NCBI GenBank assembly: GCA_017530365.1
Contig: JAFXMK010000034.1
Span: 3,328 to 67,327, forward strand
DNA from: Bacteroidales bacterium
Lineage (GTDB): Bacteria > Bacteroidota > Bacteroidia > Bacteroidales > F082
Length of the DNA stretch: 64,000 bases
Direction: 5' to 3'
Shown here piece by piece: positions 35,501 through 42,820 of the stretch. Positions within the stretch are counted from its first letter, which is position 1; every line of letters begins with the position of its first letter. The notes under the pieces were generated by a model that worked only from the letters and a program-made list of their open reading frames with translations, did not search any database and had not been told where the DNA came from. A program made the position numbers and the translations under genes.

Positions 35501-35875
35501 AATCTGCGCCGAGAAATAAATCTCTTTGCCATCCGTAGAAAAGGCCAGGGGTGTCTCGTATGCTGAATTGGTGGTAACACGCTGCGCCACACCGCCTTCG
35601 GAAGAAACGGTATAGATATCATAATTGCCATTGCGATCCGAGGCAAAGGCGAGGGTCTTCCCATCGGGCGACCAAACCGGGGCTGACTCGTAAGAAGCAG
35701 TTGTGGTCAGCTGCGAAGCCTTTCCACCCCCTACTGGCACCACATACACATCACCCTTGTAACAGAAAGCAATCTTGTCTCCTTGAGGAGAAATCACATT
35801 GTATCTCATCCATAAGGGCTGTGCCACCAACTGGCAGCCAATCATCAAAACGCCCAACAGTAAATACTTTTTCAT
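32597..35875 (-). CDS. tricorn-protease-like S41 peptidase (beta-propellers + PDZ + S41 domain)
   Basis: 1092 aa. N-terminus PLWMRYNVISPQGDKIAFCYKGDVYVVPVGGGKASQLT...PVWSPDGKTLAFASDRNG (TolB/WD40-like repeats). A PDZ-like region (GLKIAEVVEGSPFDK). A C-terminal S41 block (LGYVHIRSM...DTRFNGGG). Confidence 0.8.
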   Translation of the reverse strand: MKKYLLLGVLMIGCQLVAQPLWMRYNVISPQGDKIAFCYKGDVYVVPVGGGKASQLTTTASYESAPVWSPDGKTLAFASDRNGNYDIYTVSSEGGVAQRVTTNSAYETPLAFSTDGKEIYFSAQIQKGADNVQFPASWITELYKVNIKGGLPEQVVAEPVCSMSFDKDGKSFLYYDRKGSENVWRKHHVSSVARDVVYFDAKKNTHTILTSNVGEDRDPRYLPGYQEVVFLSERNGGSFNVYKAPIDNLEKAEAVTRYKTHPVRFLSVANNGVICYGYMGEIYAHHVGEKPKKVHVEIVNDQPAEQLEKKSFGGVSGFDLSQDGKLVAFTSRGEVFVTGTDEYATTKQITHTPQPERSPSFSKDGRTLVYASERDGYWNLYQASIERKEDYNFTYATLIDEKPLFDNDGVERIAPCYSPDGKEIAFIENRNVLKVYNTETKEMRTITDGSQHYETGDYGFSYEWSPDGKWFVLTLITHMRDPYSDIGIVKADGSQKIYNITESAYIDGNPHWAMDGNAIIYRSNRYGMRSHASWGSQNDAFIAFLNQEAYDKFRLTKEEYALLKETEKSAKDKDKDKAKDDKKDKKEKKDDQKDDKKDDKSKETKPIEIDLEHLQDRVMRLTPMSSNLSGMGLSTDGEKFYFMTSFEKGYDLWEMDVRDKSMKILKKLGQGGAGIKVQGDNIFLLSGGNMQKIDKGGKSISIKHDATMELNLTEEREYMFNHVFLQIEKRFFMKDHHGVDLDMMKKAYQPFLAHINNNYDFSEMLSEILGELNVSHTGSGYRPANRGGDATAEFGVLLDLDYRGDGLKIAEVVEGSPFDKNKSKVKAGCIIEKIDGVEIKKGMDYYPLLNNKAGKTVLVTVSEGKSSWDETVKPISHGAMNELLYNRWVKHNEETVKKLSKGRLGYVHIRSMGDASYRDVYSQILGKYNLCDGIVIDTRFNGGGRLHEDIEILFSGEKYLEQVINDSVACVMPSRRYNKPSVMIIGEANYSNAHGTPWVYNYKKMGRLIGMPVPGTMSSVTWETLQDPSLYFGLPVVGYRTEQGNWLENTQLEPDVKVRNTPEKMAKGEDEQLEAAVKELMKEVKEFRYWGK

Positions 35876-35890
35876 GTATGCTTCTATTGA

Positions 35891-36502
35891 TTATTGTACG
35901 TTAAACCAAAATATCGATTCATTCTCCAGGAAAAGCTCCAGTTTGTCGCCGACATGCACTTCCCCTACTCCCCTGGGAGTTCCCGTGAAGATACAATCTC
36001 CCTCTTCCAAAGTCACAAAACGCGATACGTAAGACACTATCTTGTCAAAACTGAAAATCATGTCTCGGCTGTTTCCTTGTTGCACCCATTCATCATTGAG
36101 CTTCATTCCAAAGGAAATCTCATTGGGGTTTTTCAAAGTATCTATTTTTCTGAACTCCCCAACGGGTGCCGAGCTGTCGAACGACTTGGCGATCTCCCAT
36201 GGATGTCCTTTTTCAATACAACGACGCTGCAAGTCGCGGGCGGTAAAGTCAATGCCAACCGTGATGGCATCATAATACTCATGCGCGGATTTTTCCTCTA
36301 TGGAGTGCCCTGGTTTGCACATTCTGATGACCAGTTCCGTCTCGTAATGAATCTCTTGTGAGAAATCGGGATAAAGGAAAGGACGATACGGTAGCAGCAA
36401 CGCCGATGCCGGCTTCATGAAAAACAACGGCTCCGAGGGCAGTTCATGATCCAGTTCGGCGATATGCGCCAGGTAGTTTCTCCCAATGCAGATAATCTTC
36501 AT
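35891..36502 (-). CDS. fumarylacetoacetate hydrolase (FAH) family protein
   Basis: 203 aa. KIICIGRNYLAHIAE...ETELVIRM...GDCIFTGTPRGVG is the typical FAH-family pattern. Confidence 0.85.
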   Translation of the reverse strand: MKIICIGRNYLAHIAELDHELPSEPLFFMKPASALLLPYRPFLYPDFSQEIHYETELVIRMCKPGHSIEEKSAHEYYDAITVGIDFTARDLQRRCIEKGHPWEIAKSFDSSAPVGEFRKIDTLKNPNEISFGMKLNDEWVQQGNSRDMIFSFDKIVSYVSRFVTLEEGDCIFTGTPRGVGEVHVGDKLELFLENESIFWFNVQ

Positions 36503-36505
36503 ATT

Positions 36506-37324
36506 TTAATAACGGGCTGTCTTGCCGCCCATTCTCAGTTTTATGGCTGTGATTAATTTCTTGGTATAAAGCGGGAAATCGCTGTTCATCATCCAAGAAT
36601 AGTATGCTGGTTCCACACGGAACACATCCTCCACCCGACGTCCTTTGTGCTTGCCGAACTGGAACACTTCCTTCCCTTCGGCATCATAAATGATCTGACC
36701 TGAGAGATCGGCATTCTGATGATGGGCGGAGAAGGCCGACAACTCCTTCATATCGTTGACGGGACCTTGCGACAGGTTTCCTTTGCCGTCTTCGTAAGGC
36801 ACACCGTCATAACGGTCGAGCATGGCTTTCAGCACTTCGTAGGTGGCTTTGGTATCGGCACCTGCACCATGAGCTCCCTCCAACTCGGCGTGACAGAAGA
36901 AACGATAAGCACCTTTCAAGGTGCGAGGCTCCATCTTCATGAAGATATTCATCACGTCAATGAAATCACGATCTTCCAAGCTGAACTCACAATCCACACG
37001 CAAGAACTCCTCCATCAGCATGGGCAAGTCGAACTTCAGGATATTATAGCCAGCAAGATCCGCATTGCCAATGAATTGTGCGATTTCCTTGGCTTTTTCC
37101 CTGAAAGTGGGTTCGTCCTTCACTCTTTCATTGGTATAACCATGTACAGCGGAGGCCTCTGCCGAGATCGGAATCTCCGGATTGAGCAACCAAGTGCGCT
37201 GTTCCTCACTGCCGTTGGTGTTCACCTTCAAAATGCTTATCTCCACAATACGGTCATGCGTCGTGTTCAAGCCCGTTGTCTCTAGGTCAAAAAAAGCGAT
37301 CGGGCGTTTCAGATTTAGCTCCAT
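36506..37324 (-). CDS. DnaQ-like 3'-5' exonuclease with C-terminal DUF3820-like domain
   Basis: ORF 36506..37393(-), trimmed to MELNLKRPIAFFDLETTGLN at 37324. Has exo motifs I (FDLETTG) and later HGAGADT. The tail GKHKGRRVEDVFRVEPAYYSWMMNSDFP resembles DUF3820. Confidence 0.8.
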   Translation of the reverse strand: MELNLKRPIAFFDLETTGLNTTHDRIVEISILKVNTNGSEEQRTWLLNPEIPISAEASAVHGYTNERVKDEPTFREKAKEIAQFIGNADLAGYNILKFDLPMLMEEFLRVDCEFSLEDRDFIDVMNIFMKMEPRTLKGAYRFFCHAELEGAHGAGADTKATYEVLKAMLDRYDGVPYEDGKGNLSQGPVNDMKELSAFSAHHQNADLSGQIIYDAEGKEVFQFGKHKGRRVEDVFRVEPAYYSWMMNSDFPLYTKKLITAIKLRMGGKTARY

Positions 37325-37351
37325 AAACTCAAAAAAAATAAATCTTACATG

Positions 37352-37359
37352 CAAAGATA
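37352..37359 (-). promoter_or_regulatory. -7 box TATCTTTG for the exonuclease-FAH-tricorn transcription unit
   Basis: Plus-strand CAAAGATA, 28 nt upstream of the ATG at 37324. Downstream genes are separated by only 3 and 15 nt. Confidence 0.5.
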
Positions 37360-37372
37360 GCAGAAATAATTT

Positions 37373-37380
37373 TACCTTTG
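37373..37380 (+). promoter_or_regulatory. -7 box TACCTTTG for the PUR-like gene
   Basis: Matches TAnnTTTG, 24 nt upstream of the ATG at 37404. Back-to-back with the minus-strand box. Confidence 0.5.
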
Positions 37381-37403
37381 TGCGATTTTTCAAATTTAAA
37401 GAT

Positions 37404-37754
37404 ATGATGGAAGAAAATGAAATGAAGAATGAAAAGGAAGATCTGTTCTCAAAAGCTGTAAGAGCTGGTAAAAGGACTTATTTCTTCGATGTGAAAACCA
37501 CGAAAAACGATGAGAAATACCTCACCATAACCGAGAGCAAGCGCCGTTTTGACAATGACCAGAACCGCTTCTTCTTCGAGAAACACAAGATTTTCCTTTA
37601 CAAAGAAGACTTCTTGAAGGTATCGAAAGCTTTGAACGACGCCATCAATTTCATTGAGACAGGAGAGTATCCGGAAGACTATAACGAGGATCCCGTTCCC
37701 GCCAACGAAGACGGCCTCGACAAATGGTTTGACGATCTGGACAAGAATCTTTGA
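37404..37754 (+). CDS. PUR-alpha-like nucleic-acid-binding protein (DUF3276 family)
   Basis: Internal Met of ORF 37182..37754. DLFSKAVRAGKRTYFFDVKTTKNDEKYLTITESKRRF...FEKHKIFLYKEDF is the bacterial PUR-repeat pattern, followed by an acidic tail. Confidence 0.7.
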   Translation: MMEENEMKNEKEDLFSKAVRAGKRTYFFDVKTTKNDEKYLTITESKRRFDNDQNRFFFEKHKIFLYKEDFLKVSKALNDAINFIETGEYPEDYNEDPVPANEDGLDKWFDDLDKNL

Positions 37755-37773
37755 TGAATCAAAAAAGACTTCG

Positions 37774-37805
37774 GAGGCCGCACCAAAATGCGGCCTCTTT
37801 TTTTA
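37774..37805 (+). terminator. rho-independent terminator
   Basis: GAGGCCGCA-ccaaaa-TGCGGCCTC followed by T8. Confidence 0.8.
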
Positions 37806-37870
37806 TCAACAAAAGAAATGGTTGTTGATAACTTTCATCCGGCATCAACAACAAAAACTTGCAAATAGCG

Positions 37871-37878
37871 TACTTTTG
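37871..37878 (+). promoter_or_regulatory. -7 box TACTTTTG for parAB
   Basis: Matches TAnnTTTG, 25 nt upstream of the ATG at 37903. Confidence 0.5.
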
Positions 37879-37902
37879 CTAACCGTTCAAAAAGACATTT
37901 TA

Positions 37903-38679
37903 ATGGGTAAAATCATAGCCATAGCAAATCAAAAAGGAGGCGTCGGCAAGACCACCACAGCCATCAATCTTGCTGCCAGCCTTGCTGTCCTCGACCATAA
38001 GACACTTCTCATCGACGCCGACCCCCAAGCCAACGCAACCTCGGGGGTGGGCTTCAATCCCAAGGAGATAAGCACCAGCGTTTATGAATGCATTATCGAT
38101 GGGACGGATCCTCATACCGTCATCGTGGAAACCGAGACCCCGAATCTCTATCTGCTGCCAGCGCATATCGACCTGGTCGGCGCCGAGATCGAGATGATCA
38201 ACCTGCCCGAAAGGGAACATAAAATGCAGAAGACCTTGTCGTCCGTCAAAAACGAGTACGAGTTCATCATCATCGACTGTTCCCCATCGCTGGGACTCGT
38301 CACCGTGAACGCCCTCACAGCCGCCGATTCCGTCATCATCCCGGTGCAATGCGAATACTTTGCATTGGAAGGATTGGGCAAGCTGCTCAACACCATCAAG
38401 ATCGTCCAGACCAGGCTGAATCCCGACCTGGATATCGAAGGCATCTTGCTGACCATGTTCGACACACGCCTTCGCCTTTCCAAGCAAGTCGTCGAAGAGG
38501 TCAAGATGCACTTCCAAGACATGGTGTTCAACACCATCATCAACCGAAACACCCGTCTGGGCGAAGCCCCTAGTTTCGGCAAGACCATCATCATGCACGA
38601 TGCCGGTTCCATCGGCGCCATCAACTACCTGAACTTGGCTAGAGAAATATTGGAAAAGAATCAAATCAATCAGAAATAA
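37903..38679 (+). CDS. parA: chromosome partitioning ATPase ParA/Soj
   Basis: Internal Met of ORF 37654..38679. Has the deviant Walker A MGKIIAIANQKGGVGKTTTAINLA and DCSPSLG. Confidence 0.95.
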   Translation: MGKIIAIANQKGGVGKTTTAINLAASLAVLDHKTLLIDADPQANATSGVGFNPKEISTSVYECIIDGTDPHTVIVETETPNLYLLPAHIDLVGAEIEMINLPEREHKMQKTLSSVKNEYEFIIIDCSPSLGLVTVNALTAADSVIIPVQCEYFALEGLGKLLNTIKIVQTRLNPDLDIEGILLTMFDTRLRLSKQVVEEVKMHFQDMVFNTIINRNTRLGEAPSFGKTIIMHDAGSIGAINYLNLAREILEKNQINQK

Positions 38680-38682
38680 CAC

Positions 38683-39597
38683 ATGCCAGATAATAAGAAA
38701 AGAGGATTGGGCCGCGGATTGGACGCCATCCTCCAAAGTCCCGAGACCGACATTACCAGCCGTGACATCAGCGGCGATTACGTAGCCGGCGCCGTGGCCG
38801 AAATCGACATCAACCTCATTGAAGCCAACCCCTTCCAGCCTCGTACCGAATTCGACGAGACCGCCTTGGAAGAGCTGGCGCAATCCATCAAAGAGCAGGG
38901 TGTCATTCAGCCCGTCACGGTGCGAAAGCTAGGCTACAACCGCTACCAACTGATCTCAGGTGAGCGCCGTCTCAGAGCCTCCAAACTCGCCGGCTTGTCC
39001 AAGATCCCGGTATTCATCCGCATCGCCAACGACGAGCAGATGCTGGAACTCGCCTTGATCGAGAACATTCACCGCGAAAACCTCAATGCCTTGGAAGTGG
39101 CCATCTCCTACCAAAGACTCATCGACGAATGCAACCTCACGCAGGAACAACTCAGCGAGAAGTTGGGGAAAAACCGCTCCACCATCGCCAATTTCCTTCG
39201 TCTGCTGAAGCTTCCTGCCGAGATCCAGATCGCCTTGCGCGACGGTCACATCTCTATGGCACATGCTCGCGCCTTGATCAACATCGAGGATAAAGAAGCG
39301 CAACTCAAGCTTCTCCAACAGATCATCGAGGAGGAACTCAGCGTGCGCCAAACCGAAGAACTCGCCAAAAACGCCAAAAACGCCGACAATTCCATTGCCA
39401 ACAGTGAAAGCAAAGGACAGCACAAACAGACCAACTACCTCCCCGACCATTTCAAGGCGCAGATCAAGACCCTCTCCCAAGCCTTGAACACCAAGGTGAA
39501 AGTGAAACGCAACATCAAAGGTCAAGGCAGCGTGGTGATCGATTTCAAGAACGAAGCCGAATTCGACCGCATCATAGAACTATTCAACAAGCACTAA
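38683..39597 (+). CDS. parB: chromosome partitioning protein ParB/Spo0J
   Basis: 304 aa. Has GLGRGLDAIL, IQPVTVRK, LISGERRLRASKLAG and IENIHRENLNALE. Confidence 0.95.
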   Translation: MPDNKKRGLGRGLDAILQSPETDITSRDISGDYVAGAVAEIDINLIEANPFQPRTEFDETALEELAQSIKEQGVIQPVTVRKLGYNRYQLISGERRLRASKLAGLSKIPVFIRIANDEQMLELALIENIHRENLNALEVAISYQRLIDECNLTQEQLSEKLGKNRSTIANFLRLLKLPAEIQIALRDGHISMAHARALINIEDKEAQLKLLQQIIEEELSVRQTEELAKNAKNADNSIANSESKGQHKQTNYLPDHFKAQIKTLSQALNTKVKVKRNIKGQGSVVIDFKNEAEFDRIIELFNKH

Positions 39598-40173
39598 ATG
39601 ACACGTTCCAAGTCACACCTCTGTTTTCTGCTCATTGGAGCCATGTTGCTGTTGTCCTTATCAGGACAGGCACAGGGGGTGAAAAAGGAACACAGCGCCA
39701 AGAAAGCCGGGTATCTCTCCCTCCTTCCTGGTGCAGGCCAGATTTACAACGGCAAATGGTGGAAGGTGCCTATCATCTATGCGGGATTTGGCGGCTTCGG
39801 GTATTTGGCTTATCGCAACTATTCCGACTACAGGACTTATTTGACCGCTTATAAGATCAAAACCGGAAACCTCGAGGATGGCGTGACACCCAGCGAATTG
39901 TCCGTGCAACTTGCCGGCTATTATCAAGCCAGCCAACTACAAAGTTACAAGGAGTCGTTCCGTCGTGATTTCGAGCTATACTGCATCATTATGGCCGCAT
40001 GGTACGGACTCAACATCGTTGATGCCATCGTTGACGGACATCTTTACACATACGACATCGATGACGACCTCAGCTTCACCATCGATCCTTGTTTAAAACC
40101 GATAGAACCACCCTATTTGCCGACGGCTCAATATGCGCAAGTAGGATTGTCTTTTAATCTCAATTTGAAATGA
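39598..40173 (+). CDS. DUF5683-type membrane protein (conserved parB neighbour in Bacteroidota)
   Basis: 191 aa with a signal peptide and LSLLPGAGQIYNGKWWKVPIIYAGFGG. The ATG directly abuts the parB stop (TAAATG). Confidence 0.7.
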   Translation: MTRSKSHLCFLLIGAMLLLSLSGQAQGVKKEHSAKKAGYLSLLPGAGQIYNGKWWKVPIIYAGFGGFGYLAYRNYSDYRTYLTAYKIKTGNLEDGVTPSELSVQLAGYYQASQLQSYKESFRRDFELYCIIMAAWYGLNIVDAIVDGHLYTYDIDDDLSFTIDPCLKPIEPPYLPTAQYAQVGLSFNLNLK

Positions 40174-40877
40174 AAATCGCACTTTTAGGATACGGGAAAA
40201 TGGGCCATGAGGTAGAGCGTATCGCCCTTGCCAAAGGTCATGAGATTGTTGTCACCATTGATAACGACCAAGAGTGGATCGAGCGCGCGGAGCTCTTAAA
40301 AAAAGCCGAAGTCGCCATCGAGTTCAGCCAACCCGATCAGGCCTTCAACAACATCAGCCGTTGCTTCGACCTGCATCTTCCTATCGTGGTGGGCACTACC
40401 GCCTGGTACGACCGTCTCGACGAGGTCAAGAAGCGTTGCCTTGAGGAGAAACAAAGCCTCTTTTATGCCCCCAATTTCAGCATTGGGATGAACATGGTAT
40501 TCCGCATGAACAAAGAGTTGGCGCGCTTTGCGGAGAAATACGGCTATTCCGTATCTTTAGCTGAGACCCACCACATCCACAAGTTGGACAAGCCCAGCGG
40601 CACGGCAGCCAAGCTCGCCAACGACATCATCGCCGAAAGCAGTCGTTACCAATGCTGGAGCATCAACGAGCCCTATCCAGCCGACACTTTGCCCATCGAA
40701 GTCACCCGCGAAGGCGAAGTCTTCGGCATCCATAGCGTCACCGCCCAGTCAGATGCCGACCGTATCACCTTGACCCACGAAGCCTTCAGCCGCGAAGGTC
40801 TTGCCCAAGGTGCTTTGGCAGCAGCAACATTCCTCATGGGTAAAGTCGGCGTGTTTACAATGGAGGATTTGTTTTGA
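40170..40877 (+). CDS. dapB: 4-hydroxy-tetrahydrodipicolinate reductase
   Basis: 235 aa. Has MKIALLGYGKMGHEV, VVGTTAW and ETHHIHKLDKPSGTA. Confidence 0.9.
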   Translation: MKIALLGYGKMGHEVERIALAKGHEIVVTIDNDQEWIERAELLKKAEVAIEFSQPDQAFNNISRCFDLHLPIVVGTTAWYDRLDEVKKRCLEEKQSLFYAPNFSIGMNMVFRMNKELARFAEKYGYSVSLAETHHIHKLDKPSGTAAKLANDIIAESSRYQCWSINEPYPADTLPIEVTREGEVFGIHSVTAQSDADRITLTHEAFSREGLAQGALAAATFLMGKVGVFTMEDLF

Positions 40878-41214
40878 CGAATATGTTTCTCAAGGGTTCA
40901 ATTATCAGCTTGATTTGTTTGGTATGGTTCATCATCCACGACCGTAGAGAGCAGCGGAGAAAGAAGGGAAAACCTTAGTCGGAGGGATGGACCGGATGAT
41001 GCGAAACAAGCCTTTGACATTGGAGCATTTCATACGTTAGTGTCCTCCAGCAGTTTGCACAATAAGGGTAGGTACAATTTGTACCCAACCTTCGATTTCA
41101 AACAGAAAATCCTCAAAGGAGAACCCGACTTGGAAGTGCTCGAACCCGAAAAACCGTCGTTTGAAAAGTTTTCAACAAAAAACGGTTACCACATCATTTA
41201 TTCTAAAATTAAGG

Positions 41215-41222
41215 TATCTTTG
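41215..41222 (+). promoter_or_regulatory. -7 box TATCTTTG for lepB
   Basis: Matches TAnnTTTG, 58 nt upstream of the ATG at 41280. Confidence 0.5.
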
Positions 41223-41279
41223 CACACTTTATTTTAAATAGGAGCGTTTACTTTTTATATCGAAAACATTTATCACACC

Positions 41280-42794
41280 ATGTCACTCATACTCCTGATT
41301 CTCATCGTCCCAGCCCTGTTCACCATCCCGATTGCATTCTGCTGGAAACAGTTCAAGGCCGCCGGACAAAAGGGCTACTACGCCTTCATCCCGTATTTCA
41401 ACATCTACGTGATGCTGAAAATCATCAAGAAACACAAGAAATTTTGGTGGTGGTTCTTCATCATCTTCCCGTATATCAATATCTTCATGCTCTTCCTGAT
41501 ACTCATCGAATTGGGCAAATGCTTCGGGAAATTCAAGGTATGGGAAGAATTCATGGCCGCCATCCTGCCTTTCATCTTCTTCCCACTCATCGTGAAAGAT
41601 GCCCCCTATCAGGATCCAGCGACTACCAAACGCCCCAAGAAATCAACAGCCCGCGAATGGTTCGACGCCATCGTGTTTGCTGTGGTGGCAGCCCTCATCA
41701 TCCGCACCTACGTGTTCGAGGCCTTCACCATCCCAACGTCCAGTATGGAGAAATCGCTCTGCGTCGGAGACTACTTGATCGTCAGCAAGATTCATTACGG
41801 ACCTAAACGTCCCAACACGCCACTGTCCTTCCCCTTTGTGCATAACACCTTGCCTGGCAGCACCACCAAGAAATCATATTTGGAATGGATCAAGCTACCG
41901 TATCATCGTTATCCCGGCTTATCCACCATCAAACGCAACGACCCCATCGTGTTCAATTACCCAGCAGGCGATACCGTGTGCGACAAGTTCCAAAGCAGCG
42001 TCAGCTACTACGACTTGATCCGTGAATATGGCCGCGACAGGGTCTGGAACGACCACGCCTCCTTCGGTAAAGTCATCGCCCATCCTGTCGATAAGCGCGA
42101 GAACTACGTGAAACGCCTCATCGGCATGCCTGGCGACAAACTTCAGATCATCGACGGCATCGTATATATCGACGACCAAGAAGGATTCCAACCCGAAAAC
42201 ATGCAGTTCAGCTATACCGTTACCACCACGGGCAACGGCATCAACAAACGCATCCTTGAGAAATACAACATCAGCGAAGGCTATCGAGGCAGCAATCCCA
42301 ACGAAGCCATCCTCAACATCAGCGAGAAAGTGGCCGAAGAGCTGCGTCAGCACTCCTTCATCACCTCGGTGGAACGCAACATCACCCCTGCAGGACAAGG
42401 CACTAATTATGAGCTGTTCCCGCATCGTCCCGACCTCTATCCTTGGAATGTTGACAACTACGGCCCCATTGAGATTCCTCGCAAAGGCCAGACTGTGAAA
42501 CTCACCCCGGAGAACCTGCCTCTTTATGAAAGAATCATCCACGCCTACGAGCTCCACGACCTCAAAGTCAAAGGCGACCAGATCTTCATCGACGGCCAGC
42601 CTGCCGACAGCTACACCTTCGCCATGGACTATTACTGGATGATGGGCGACAACCGCCACAACTCCGCCGACTCACGCTACTGGGGCTTCGTTCCGGAGAA
42701 CCACATCGTCGGCAAGGCAGTGTTCGTATGGCTCTCCATCGACAAGGAAAAAGGCGGCATCCGCTGGAAACGCATGTTCCGCATTCCAAAATAA
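41280..42794 (+). CDS. lepB: signal peptidase I with N-terminal multi-TM extension
   Basis: 504 aa. The N-terminal ~110 aa are a hydrophobic module. The S26 boxes are [31 protein letters not shown] and [17 protein letters not shown]. Confidence 0.9.
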   Translation: MSLILLILIVPALFTIPIAFCWKQFKAAGQKGYYAFIPYFNIYVMLKIIKKHKKFWWWFFIIFPYINIFMLFLILIELGKCFGKFKVWEEFMAAILPFIFFPLIVKDAPYQDPATTKRPKKSTAREWFDAIVFAVVAALIIRTYVFEAFTIPTSSMEKSLCVGDYLIVSKIHYGPKRPNTPLSFPFVHNTLPGSTTKKSYLEWIKLPYHRYPGLSTIKRNDPIVFNYPAGDTVCDKFQSSVSYYDLIREYGRDRVWNDHASFGKVIAHPVDKRENYVKRLIGMPGDKLQIIDGIVYIDDQEGFQPENMQFSYTVTTTGNGINKRILEKYNISEGYRGSNPNEAILNISEKVAEELRQHSFITSVERNITPAGQGTNYELFPHRPDLYPWNVDNYGPIEIPRKGQTVKLTPENLPLYERIIHAYELHDLKVKGDQIFIDGQPADSYTFAMDYYWMMGDNRHNSADSRYWGFVPENHIVGKAVFVWLSIDKEKGGIRWKRMFRIPK

Positions 42795-42820
42795 CATTGA
42801 TCATCTGAAGACAAAAAACA

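Noticed and set aside
41040-41237. 65-aa ORF in the dapB-lepB gap.
   Set aside because: It has a GTG start and no promoter box in front. It ends across the lepB promoter and has unremarkable composition. I treat it as non-coding until shown otherwise; the gap itself is reported as a finding.
41280-41620. Extra N-terminal multi-TM module on signal peptidase I, possibly a fusion.
   Set aside because: As far as I recall, long LepB proteins of about 480-500 aa with such an N-terminal hydrophobic extension are the norm in Bacteroidales. I do not consider it novel without a comparison.
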